Shown piece after piece: positions 20,421 to 31,183 of a stretch of DNA of 64,000 nt. The first letter of the stretch is position 1. Every line of letters starts with the position of its first letter. The stretch covers positions 178,436,001 through 178,500,000 of the forward strand of contig NW_027362771.1 of assembly GCF_046119375.1 (NCBI RefSeq), written 5' to 3'. This DNA comes from Phyllobates terribilis. Taxonomy: Eukaryota. The notes beneath the pieces are model-generated. The model saw only the letters and a list, made by a program, of their open reading frames with translations, made no database searches and had not been told where the DNA came from. A program made the translations under genes and the position numbers.

Positions 20421-23038
20421 TCATGTGTAATACCTGCAATGATTGTGAATCACTTTGTAGCTTTTTCATTTCAGTTGGATGTTAAATATATATTCTTTTT
20501 TGAATATATTCTGGAGAAAATGAGGTGGCACTAAAGTATAGAAATTTCCCTATGGAATAGCTATTTATTTAATATACGAACATTATTGCTATGCAGGTGT
20601 CTTTGTAATGCAAAATCTTGTAATAGTATGTCCTGCAATATTATGCTGCTATGGTAATGTATCTTACAGTAATGCAGCATCTGTTCCTGAATAATATGAA
20701 TAATGTCAATTATTTGGCAATGCTTTATTGATAAAAATTAAATAACTTTTCCATTTGTGTAACACAACAGATTTGCAACTGATGAATGTTTGACCGTATG
20801 GAAGATGTGAGATTGTGATAAGCTAATAACTGGTGTAAACAGAGAGCTACACTTCAAGGTCAAAAATACGCTTCTTTCAGGGTGTCTTTGGTTGAGGTCA
20901 GGAGGATGGGAGTGGTGATCTGCGCTTGCTGGGAGATTTCCAATATTCAACGATTCAACAGACGTGAAGCCTGAAGAATTTTAATTTTAATTTCCTTTGT
21001 CCTGGGGGTGCTGCAGAAGCTTAATTTGCCTTGTGGGCTTTACAACCCCAGAAGGTGAGTAGATCTCTGATATCCTACAATAATAATTTACCGGATTACC
21101 AGATAAGAGCCTATCTGCTCTTGTTGTCTCCGAACTCTACCAAAGGTGTATTTGCTTAGCAGATAGGGAGTCAGAGATACCACCAGTATTGGGTGGTGAT
21201 TTTGCAATGTGTCTTTAAAGATATTATGCACTTGTTTGGCAGGGAAAATGGCTGTGTCATGAGATAGTGAAGGGCCAGAAGGCAACCTTACATCCCATGT
21301 AGCATCTCAAAGTATAAATGCCAGAATTTTCCTGCTAGTAGAAGTCCAGCTTACAGATAGCACAGACAGGTACAGGTAGAGGTATACGCCATAGAAATGT
21401 CAGAGTCAGAGTCATTAGCAGTGGGATTAAGCACTCTCTATTAGGTTGCACCATCCCACTACTAAGTTAAGGTTACAGGGAGAAAGAAACTGTTATAACA
21501 TGAGCTGTCATGTGTGAGTTCTGTCCCCAGTGGATGAGACCAGCCCACTTGTACAAAAGAGAAGTGGACATTAGTAGACCGTGAGGATTTCCGAAGTAGT
21601 GTAGAGCATAGAGGCTTATTTCCAACTGTAAGGAGTGTATCTGCTTGTACAAAGCAAATTGATAATTTCCTGTGGGGGTAAAGCAGCAGCCACACCAGAG
21701 GAACCTCGAAGCTGAAGCATGAGTGAGAAGATGAACGTTAGCCCAGAGGTGGCTAGGAGACTAATGGCTGTTTGTGAAGGATTGTAACCTGGCAACTATA
21801 CAGGATAGTACACAGGTGAGTGCATAGTTCCAGACAAGCTAATACAAGAGATTGCTGACCAGTTAAAGTGTATGCCTTGCTGTTGAGATAAAGATACAGA
21901 GACTGTTGAAGAGTAAAGTAACTGCTTCTTTAGGAAATGTCAATATATTGTCATAGGTATCAGCAAATTGTTGCAACTGTAAGCCAAATGTCACAATTGT
22001 TGGTCAACTACTTCAGTTCTAGCTAAACTGTGGCCTTTAATAAGTCTACTGACACCATCAAGCTAGCTGCTTCGTCTGTGACTCCGTATCACAAAGATCT
22101 TCAATTGACTACTGTGTACACTGACATCCCTTTGTCTTCTGCGCTAGCCATCAAGGCCACTACATAATGTATGTTAAAGGGAATGCCATTCTATTTCTTT
22201 TTTTGTAGTGGGTGGGGTTCCACTTCACACACAATAAGAAAACAAACCCCTTTAAAGCCCCTAACTAAGTATACCTATTGTCTGATTACAATATTGTGCA
22301 CTGGAACTTCCCTAGATACATGTTTGAAAGCAAAACTGTACATCCTAAAGAAAAGATGAAAAAAAAACGCACGCAGAAAATAAATTCAGGAAAAAGCAAA
22401 CCTTTTTTGACAATTTTCTTTTTTTGACACGCATGCACAAACACATAACAGTTAGGAGTCATTATGCCCTTTGACACTTTGATGTAAGGTTCACCCTTTG
22501 TTTATGATGATTTTCTTATCTGTAGACATTCTTATGTAGTATGTGATATCTGGAAATTGTCATCAAAAGTTCAACCTCATACTTATTGCTAAACAATAGT
22601 TCTTAAAGTACATAATATATGTATTGTTTTACATTGCATAATAATTAAGGCTTATCTGTCCTCATATTGATTTTTATTTAGGGAAAAAAAGCTCACAAAG
22701 CCCATAGACCAGCACCTAGATAATGTACAATAATCTCATCGCCTTGCTGACAGTGCACAAATAGACTCAAAGGATTTTACTGATTACTTAATTAGCATTA
22801 AATAACATAATTAGCATTAAATAACATAATGGAAGCGTTTTCTCTACTCTGTCTCTGATTTATCAGTGATATTTACAAGGTCTTGTCTCTGGCCTTTACA
22901 AACAGGAGATTTGCAAAACTGATAGTTTCTGAGGGATCATTATTATATTTGTCCAGGTAAATGAACAAGAACACTACATCCATCATGACTTTATATCAAT
23001 AATGACAACACAGCTGATAAATGTAAATGCCACTCTAA

Positions 23039-23644
23039 AGCCCCCGTCTCACATAGCGAGATCGCTCACGGTTTTGGTGACGCAACAGTGACCTCACCAG
23101 CGATGTCGCTATGTGTGACACTTTGCAACAATCAGGCCCCTGCTGTGAGGTCGCTGATCGCTGCAGAGTGTCCTGGACCATTTTTTGGTCGTTGCCCTCC
23201 CGCTGGTCAGCACACATCGCTGTGTGTGACCAGCGGGAGCAGCGATCAGGCTGGTAACTATGGTAAACATCGGGTTACTAGGGGCACACGCGCACTTAGT
23301 AACCCGCTGTTTATCATGGTTAGGAGCCTGCTAAAGTGAGCGGTAACCTCCCGCTCACTGTAGCAGAGTGGTAACCATGATAAACAACGGGTTACTAGGA
23401 GCGCGTGTGCCCCTAGTAACCCGATGTTTACCATAGTTACCAGCCTGCTCCTGCTTCAGCAGGCTGGTAACCAGGAGCAGGACATCGTGGAAAGATTCTT
23501 TCCACGATGTTGCTGCTCCCCTGATCGTTGGTGAGCCTGCCTGTTTGACAGCTCACCAGCGACCACATAGCGACGCAGCAACGATCCCTGACAGGTCGTA
23601 TCGTTGTCGGGATCGTTGCAGCGTCGCTAAGTGTGACGGGGCCT
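23039..23644. mobile_element. PIF/Harbinger-type MITE with nested internal palindromes
   Basis: TAA|AGCCCCCGTCTCACATAGCGA...TCGCTAAGTGTGACGGGGCCT|TTA. Internal inverted block GGTAACTATGGTAAACATCGGGTTACTAGGGGCACAC / GTGTGCCCCTAGTAACCCGATGTTTACCATAGTTACC. Confidence 0.8.
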
Positions 23645-24149
23645 TTAGCGACATTTACATATATCCAGGCAAAGCAAACGTTTTATGAGAGTCATCATTA
23701 GGCAACAGTGTTTCTTCTAGCCTTGTCCATAAGATTTTGCCCAACATTCTTGAACACAATCGTTGTCTGAAAAGACAGGGAAGGGAATATGTCGTCAGAA
23801 AATTAACTACTCTTTAAATCAAGTTTTTGTGTATATGTATTTTTTTTTACATGGCAGAAGGTTAATAAGGTTTTCTTTTTCATATTAAAAGTATTAAAAA
23901 TAAAAATATAATCTTGCAATATTCACACTATTCCCATCGTTTCAGGAAATTCACATTACATTAACCACAATAAACAGACTCTGACCCTATCTTTTGTATG
24001 TATTGTGAATCGTGGATCATGTGTTATCAGACATTACCCATCATTGTAAACCTGTGATGATAAGTAAACTATTGAAAACTCTCCCAGAAAGGACAGGAGG
24101 TATGAATCTAAAAATCCCAGTTGCCACTGTGAAAATTGCAATAATACTT

Positions 24150-24480
24150 TTTTTGTTTTTAATAAAAATTGTGACCCTTCAGAAATTCAGCATTTTTTTG
24201 TGATTTTTTTAATGCTGTTTACCACACTATATAAAGTGTTAACTTTGTCCTGCAGGTTGATATTAATACTGAAATATCCAAAACATATTATTTTTTTAAG
24301 TTTTAGTATTTTTGCAGAACAAAAACTTTTAATGGAAAAATTATGTATTTGTGAAGTTGCGTGCTGAGACCCATAATATTTTTCCATATGATATAGCTGT
24401 ATGTGAGTTTATTTTTTGGGGGACAGGTTGAAATTTTTATTGCCACTATTTTGGGTTGATTTTTATTTATTGATTCATTT
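24150..24480. mobile_element. Decayed internal fragment of a non-autonomous TTAA-type (piggyBac-like) DNA element
   Basis: AT-rich block with ...GAGACCCATAATATTTTTCCAT...GCTGTATGTGAG..., loosely similar to 42310-42420. Confidence 0.35.
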
Positions 24481-25509
24481 TATTAGGGCAATGTATAATA
24501 AGTGAGATTTAGTTTTTACTGGAGGGATAATTTTTTGTTAAATCTGGCTACTGTTTAGATAATTGTCCTACTATGGGAATATACTATGACCCTACTACAA
24601 AACCTGAATAATTTAAGCATGCATGTTAAGCTACATTTGTGTGTCGCTCACATATACATACATATATTTGGTTTAATTGGAGGTATTTTTTGGCCAGAGT
24701 TCTATAGGTTCTATAGCTAGAATTGTTTGTACCTTGTTTTTTTTGATAATTTTATATTTCTCTAGTTGGTTGGGAATATTTTTTGTTCACATTAATACTT
24801 GATAGTTTAAGCATGTATTTTACTAGGAATTAACAACATTATCTCTCTGAAATTTATTGGACATTATTATGCTCAGATGTTCCATTGTGGGAATTTACAG
24901 TAAAATGAGAATGAACAAAACCTCATATTCTTTGCCTTGTAGAAATCTATTAAGTTAATATTTTAACCAATAATTAAATATTTTTTTATCAAAACTATGA
25001 TTAAATGTAAAGCAAAGCAGAAATGTTTAACCCATATTATCTATATACCGAAAGTAGAATATCATGTTGAATTTAATCTGAGCTCAGTGTAAACCCGTAC
25101 ATTAATTCCCCGATTATTCAGAATTTTCTCATTTGTTATTAATCAAATCCTTTATGATGACCTAAAAATGTTATTTTGTCAGCATTCCATATCCCCAGTT
25201 GACTTTCCAGCAAATATGGAAATGATGGCTTGACATATGGTGGATTTTACTGTCCAGTTCTTGTGTTAAAGGTAAGTGGGGCCACTGGTCCCTGGAAGCT
25301 GTTTTTTCCACTGGAATAAAATGAATGTTCAGCACTTATAGTCTAACCCATTTAATGGAAGACTGTACCAGGGCCGAACTGCAACAAGAAACAAACAAAA
25401 AAGAAGACCTGACACACAATCTCCACTAGCCAACATACTCTCGCACCTTCCCCTTCCTATCAAGATGCAATCCAAGGTTGAACAAAAGTTTGCCCCTCAT
25501 CACTTTCTT

Positions 25510-25700
25510 AAAGTAAATGTTTGAATTGTCATAGTAAATGGAGTGGATGTGCTATTGCTCCATTCACATGGGGCTCCGCAGAACCCTTATTCTCAGGATA
25601 ACTGGGGGGTCCTAGCAGTCAGACCCCTGCAATCAGAAAGTAATCCCCTATCCCAATGATAGTGGATAATGTCTAAGCTTGGGATAAGCTTTTTAAACAG
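25510..25700. mobile_element. T2/Kolobok-type MITE remnant
   Basis: Ends ...CCCCTATCCC...GGATAATGTCTAAGCTTGGGATAAGCTTTTTAA, with an internal GGGGGTCC...AGACCCCTGCAATC hairpin. Confidence 0.45.
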
Positions 25701-25920
25701 GTCCTTCAGAATTCATTTTTCTTTTCTCATAGGATCGCAGACATAGAAAATAAAAAACTCACCAATAATGACCCTCCCAAAGTACAATGCCACCTCTCCA
25801 TCAACAGGACAGGAGAAGTGCTTCTGTGCAGAGTACATGTACAGAATAATCCATATACTAAAAATTTCACCCAGCATAAAGGACTGGAGAAGTGATACTG
25901 TGCAGTATATATATATATAT

Positions 25921-26722
25921 TGTAATGCAGCGACTTGCTGGCATTACGGTAATGGTCCAGGATGTGTTTTACCTGACCATGTACCTTCCCCCTCAGGTGA
26001 CTGGTCACATGACTGTGACATAGCACAGGTCCTGCGCGCACAGAATGTCTGTCTGATCACATGACTGTGACATCAGCAAGGTCCTGTCAGTGTGTGTGTG
26101 TGTGTGTGTGCACAGGATGCATATATAAACCCTGCTTGATGGGAGACAGGTGTGTTCTGTGAGAGAGGCGTAAGGCCTGTTCCCGTGTGTGTGGGACACC
26201 GACCGTGTGAGGCCTAGTGAGGCCGAGTGAAGCCTGGTGCCTGAAAGGTCGAGACTGGATCCTGTGTGGATGCTAGTGGCCTTGGATGGCAGAGGCTTGA
26301 TGAAGAGTCCTGAAAGGCAGAGCCTGGATCCTGTGTGGATGTCAGTGGCCTTTGAGGGAACGATGGCTGGAGACCCCTACCTGGGAAGCCGCAAAGCCAC
26401 AGTGGTGGCAAGCCTAATGGACTGCAGCAGCTAAACCCGGCAAAGGTAATACACTGTGTTATATGGACATTAATATGGACATTGCTATGTTGTTACCTTG
26501 CTGAAGGCAGTACCTGGAGCAAGTGGGCCGGTCTGCCACTTGGCTCGTGAACATTATATATATAGGTGTGCCGGCGTGCCACTGAGTTGGACCCGGTGAA
26601 CTGTGGTTTATGAAGTGCAATAAACTGCAGCATTGTGAAATACCGGAAGGACATTGCTGGTGTGCTTTCATTTACCCGATGCAGCGAGTATCCCCCATTA
26701 TGATGACTAGTGCTACCTTACA
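25921..26722 (+). mobile_element. Solo LTR (802 bp)
   Basis: TGTAA...TTACA termini; ATAT on both flanks; TATATAAA near 26122; AATAAA near 26619; internal (GT)n and a 66-bp duplication. Confidence 0.85.
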
Positions 26723-26729
26723 ATATATA

Positions 26730-27126
26730 CAGTTATATGAAAAAGTTTGGGCACCCCTATTAATCTTAAGCTTAATGTTTTATAAAAATTGGTGTTTTTG
26801 AAACAGCTATTTCAGTTTGATATATGTAATAACTGTTGGACATAGTAATGTTTCTGCCTTGAAATGAGGTTTATTGTACTAACAGAAAATGTGCAATCTG
26901 CATTCAAACAAAATTTGACAGGTGCATAAGTATGGGCACCTCACCAGAAAAGTGACATTAATATTTAGTAGATCCTCCTTTTGCAAAAATAACAGCCTCT
27001 AGTCACTTCCTGTAGCTTTTAATGATTTCCTGGATCCTGGATGAAGGTATTTCTGTTAATTTTGTGGGTGTAATGTGGAAAAATGTGGAAAAATTCACAG
27101 GGTATGAATACTTTCTCAAGGCACTG
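26730..27126. mobile_element. Composite of two Tc1 ends from different families
   Basis: Left end TA|CAGTTATATGAAAAAGTTTGGGCACCCCT with an inner DR (AAGTATGGGCACC). Right end GGGTATGAATACTTTCTCAAGGCACTG|TA is not its reverse complement. Confidence 0.7.
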
Positions 27127-27439
27127 TACATCACAAAAAATGTGCGTAGGGATTTCTATAAGGCTAAATTTGTAGATATCCTGTTGATAAGTAGGAAAAA
27201 CTAACTTTTTAATGAATTTGTAAAGACTTTTTGAGATATAAACTTATACATGTTTTTTTATGTTGTACTATTCAACTATTCATCTTATTTCTGAACTTCT
27301 GAACAGTGGGGGGGATATTCCCATGTCTTGGTGATGTGATTTGCATGACTAATGACTAATTGTTATGACTGAGTTGACTCATCATAGTGATGTTGAGACA
27401 GCATCAAGCTTCAATACCATGTAGATGCACGAATGCCAT

Positions 27440-27620
27440 ATGTGGGATGATCCCTTTTTCCCAAGCAAAATCCAAGTAAAAGGTGGCTTCAGCATCCAAT
27501 GCTGATCAACTTGCTTTATTATGGCATTAGAAATACAGAAAGAGCAGCAACATTTCGACCCGTAGTGTAAATCTAGGTCTTTGTCATGGTAGTATAAGAG
27601 TGCACAACCCACTACAACCT
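27440..27620 (-). mobile_element. Penelope-type terminal remnant with a hammerhead-like motif
   Basis: Minus strand CCATGACAA-AGACCT-(loop)-GGGTC-GAAA-TGTT, followed by AATAAA and TTGGATGCTG. Confidence 0.4.
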
Positions 27621-27894
27621 ATAAAACAGTCATATATTTCCACTAATAAATACAATTCTTAGAACTAACATGTCATAGACGTATCATAATAGCATTACCA
27701 ATATGCCATAGACATATATGTTCAAGATCAAATGTGATTTAATAAAACTCTATGCAAGTTATACAGAAAAAGATAAAAATTAGAAAAGATCTGTGAGCTG
27801 ACTGCAACATGTGGACTTTTTAAAAAACTACTGGTCATGCTCAGAAAAAGTATCCCTGACTGGTTAAGACGGCAGTGCTAGCTAGTACTATGTT

Positions 27895-28470
27895 TTACTT
27901 TGGTCTCATCTGAACAGAACACCTTCTTCCACATGCCAGATAGGGGATACAGCTAGCATGTGAAAGAAGTTGCTAAAGTCAGATGAGACCAAAGTAGAAC
28001 TTTTTGGGCTAAATGCAAAATAGTATGTGTGGTGGAAAACTACCACTGAACATCACCATGAAAACACCATCCCCAGTGTCAAACATGGTGGTGGCAGCAT
28101 TATTCTGTGGCAATGTTTTTCTTCCGCAGGGACAAGGATGCTGATCAGAGTTGATGGGAGCTAAATACAGGGCAAAAATGGAGGAAAGCTTTTTATAGGC
28201 TGCAAAAGACATGAGACTGGGGCGTAGGTTCATCTTCCAGCAGGACAATGACCCTAAAAATACTGCCAGAGCTACAATGAAATAGCTTTTATTAAAGCAT
28301 ATTGATGTGTTTGAATGGCCCAGTCAAAGTCTAGACTTAAATCTCATTGAGAATTTGTGGCAAGACTTGACAATTGCTGTTCACAGACACTCTCCAACCA
28401 ATCTCACTGAGCTAGAGCTATTTTGCAAAGAAAATGGCAAAAAAATTCAGCCACTAGATCAGGAATGTCA
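27895..28470 (+). mobile_element. Tc1 DD34E transposase fragment with a short foldback at its left edge
   Basis: SDETKVELFG...[11 protein letters not shown]...FIFQQDNDPK...WPSQSLDLNLIENLW. 27896-27943 is an inverted copy of 27955-27998. Confidence 0.8.
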
Positions 28471-28489
28471 AACTCAAACACAGAGAGGC

Positions 28490-28809
28490 CCAAAATGAAA
28501 AACTTGGACAAAGTCATGGGCCAACCTTGATATCTATTAACAGCCCTCCACACAGCATAATAGGCAACACATAATCATCCATATTGTATAATGGGCCCAA
28601 CATAGTCCTCCATACTGTATAATGGGCCCAACATAGTCCTCCGTACAGTATAGTGGGCCCCACATAGTCCTCCATACAAAATAATGGGCCCCACATAGTC
28701 CAACATTCAGAAAAATGGGCCCACATAGTCTTCCATACAGTATAATAAGGGGGTGGCCGGCATCGCGGGCCAAGTATAATCCCCCTTCGGACCAGATTTG
28801 ACATGTGTG
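28490..28809. mobile_element. hAT (Charlie-like) MITE remnant with a 31-bp minisatellite
   Basis: About 5 copies of CATAGTCCTCCATACAGTATAATGGGCCCCA; end ...CCAGATTTGACATGTGTG. Same family as 47895-48479. Confidence 0.7.
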
Positions 28810-29375
28810 CTCTAGATGTACAAAGCTGGTAGAGACTCGGTGGGCTGAATATAAATGCACATCAAATTTTTCAGATTTATACTTTTTAAATATTTAGTAA
28901 ACAATGTATCAGTTCTTTCATAGTTCTCAAATACTTGCTGCTTAACATTGGTGTATCACATAAAATCCCAATAAAATACATTTAAGTTTGCGGGTGCAGT
29001 GTGAAAAAAATCTTCTGTTTCTTGTGCAAACAGGAAGTCGATGAATTTTCAACAGAGAGTAAAGCAGTCTTTTCTCCAGCAAAAATGTATAGCATAACAA
29101 TAAACAGTCCCATAAAAGGATAAAAGGTACAAGTTCACCAGTTTAAATCTCAATTCTGCTCTTCCAGCCCCTGGCAGAGACTAACCAACATATACCAGAG
29201 ACACAAATATCCACCTCTACTCCCAGACACTTATGAGGAGCTTTGCTGCCCTTTTAATATCTGCACCTGTTGGATTGAAGGGTAAAAATTACTAGTCCCA
29301 CCAATCTCTTCTAGTCGTTCCTAAAAACCTGAACCCATACTGGTCCTATTAACCTTCTCAGCACCTATATATATA

Positions 29376-31005
29376 CAGTACAGACCAAAAGTTTGGACAT
29401 ACCTTCTCATTTAAAGATTTTTCTGTATTTTCATGAGTATGAAAATTGTACATTCACACTGAAGGCATCAAAACTATGAATTAACACATGTGGAATTATA
29501 TACTTAACAAAAAAGTGTGAAACAACTGAAAATATGTCTTAAAATCTAGGTTCTTCAAAGTAGCCACCTTTTGCTTTGATGACTGCTTTGCATACTCTTG
29601 GCATTCTCTTGATGAGCTTCAAGAGGTAGTCACCGGAAATGGTCTTCCAACAATCTTGAAGGAGTTCCCAGAGATGCTTAGCACTTGTTGGCCCTTTTGC
29701 CTTCACTCTGAGGTCCAGCTCACCCCAAACCATCTCGATTGGGTTCAGGTCTGGTGACTGTGGAGGCCAGGTCATCTGGCGTAGCACCCCATCACTCTCC
29801 TGCTTGGTCAAATAGCCCTTACACAGCCTGGAGGTGTGTTTGGGGTCATTGTCCTGTTGAAAAATAAATGATGGTCCAACTAAACGCAAATCGGATGGAA
29901 TAGCATGCCACTGCAAGATGCTGTGGTAGTCATGCTGGTTCAGTATGCCTTCAATTTTGAATAAATCCCCAACAGTGTCACCAGCAAAGCACCCCCACAC
30001 CATCACACCTCCTCCTCCATACTTCACGGTAGGAACCAGGCATGTTGAGTCCATCCGTTCACCTTTTCTGCGTCGCACAAAGACACAGTGGTTGGAACCA
30101 AAGATCTCAAATTTGGACTCATCAGACCAAAGCACAGATTTCCACTGGTCTATTGTCCATTCCTTGTGTTTTTTAGCCCAAACAAGTCTCTTCTGCTTGT
30201 TGCCTGTCCTTAGCAGTGGTTTCCTAGCAGCTATTTTACCATGAAGGCCTGCTGCACAAATTCTCCTCTTAACAGTTGTTGAAGAGATGTGTCTGCTGCT
30301 AGAACTCTGTGTGGCATTGACCTGGTCTCTAATCTGAGCTGCTGTTAACCTTTGATTTCTGAGGCTGGTGACTCGGATAAACTTATCCTCAGAAGCAGAG
30401 GTGTCTCTTGGTCTTCCTTTCCTGGGGCGGTCCTCATGTGAGCCAGTTTCTTTGTAGCGCTTGATGGTTTTTGCAACTGCACTTTGGGACACTTTCAAAG
30501 TTTGCCCAATTTTTCGCACTGACTGACTTTCATTTCTTAAAGTATTGATGGCCACTTGTTTTTCTTTATGTAGCTGCTTTTTTCTTGCTATAATACAAAT
30601 TCTAACAGTCTATTCAGTAGGACTATCAGCTGTGTATCCACCAGAATTCTGCACAACACAACTGATGGTCCCAACCCCATTTATAAGGCAAGAAATCCCA
30701 CTTATTAAACCTGACAGGGCACACCTGTGAAGTGAAAACCTTTTCCGGTGACTACCTCTTGAAGCTCATCAAGAGAATGCCAAGAGTGTGCAAAGCAGTC
30801 ATCAAAGCAAAAGGTGGCTACTTTGAAGAACCTAGAATATAAGACATATTTTCAGTTGTTTCACACTTTTTTGTTAAGTATATAATTCCACATGTGTTAA
30901 TTCATAGTTTTGATGCCTTCAGTGTGAATGTACAATTTTCATACTCCTGAAAATACAGAAAAATCTTAAAATGAGAAGGTGTGTCCAAACTTTAGGTCTG
31001 TACTG
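29376..31005 (-). mobile_element. Tc1-superfamily DD38E (Intruder-type) transposon, full length, 1630 bp
   Basis: TA|CAGTACAGACCAAAAGTTTGG...CCAAACTTTAGGTCTGTACTG|TA. TIRs of about 264 bp (29376-29639 and 30742-31005) with about 7 differences. Confidence 0.93.
29539..30591 (-). CDS. DD38E transposase; frame open for about 350 codons, but the expected start codon reads ATA
   Basis: (ATA)ARKKQLHKEKQVAINTLRNE...GRPR...WSDESKFEIFG...FQQDNDPKH-(38 residues D to E)-SPDLNPIEMVW...KAKGGYFEEPRF stop. No internal stop or frameshift. Confidence 0.85.
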   Translation of the reverse strand: MARKKQLHKEKQVAINTLRNESQSVRKIGQTLKVSQSAVAKTIKRYKETGSHEDRPRKGRPRDTSASEDKFIRVTSLRNQRLTAAQIRDQVNATQSSSSRHISSTTVKRRICAAGLHGKIAARKPLLRTGNKQKRLVWAKKHKEWTIDQWKSVLWSDESKFEIFGSNHCVFVRRRKGERMDSTCLVPTVKYGGGGVMVWGCFAGDTVGDLFKIEGILNQHDYHSILQWHAIPSDLRLVGPSFIFQQDNDPKHTSRLCKGYLTKQESDGVLRQMTWPPQSPDLNPIEMVWGELDLRVKAKGPTSAKHLWELLQDCWKTISGDYLLKLIKRMPRVCKAVIKAKGGYFEEPRF

Positions 31006-31026
31006 TATATATACATATATATATAT

Positions 31027-31175
31027 ATTTATTTATTTATTTTACTCACTTATATAGCGCCATCAATTCCACAGCATATGGAGAACATACAGTACAAACT
31101 CCTTGCAGATGTTGTCTTTGGTGGGATTTGAACCCAGGACCCCAGCGCTGCAAGTGCTAATCACTAAGCCACCAT
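31027..31175 (-). mobile_element. tRNA-derived SINE, internally deleted
   Basis: Minus strand A box TGGCTTAGTGAT and B box GGTTCAAATCC. 3' tail GGCGCTATATAAGTGAGTAAAATAAATAAATAAAT. Confidence 0.75.
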
Positions 31176-31183
31176 ATTGTATA

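Noticed and set aside
25190-25330. Possible host exon with a strong AAG|GTAAGT donor at about 25271
   Set aside because: Candidate acceptors give short or stop-containing frames with no recognisable peptide.
27382-27612. 76-aa ORF behind a TTTTATAG acceptor as a host exon
   Set aside because: No donor or known motif. Better explained as a Penelope-type terminal remnant.
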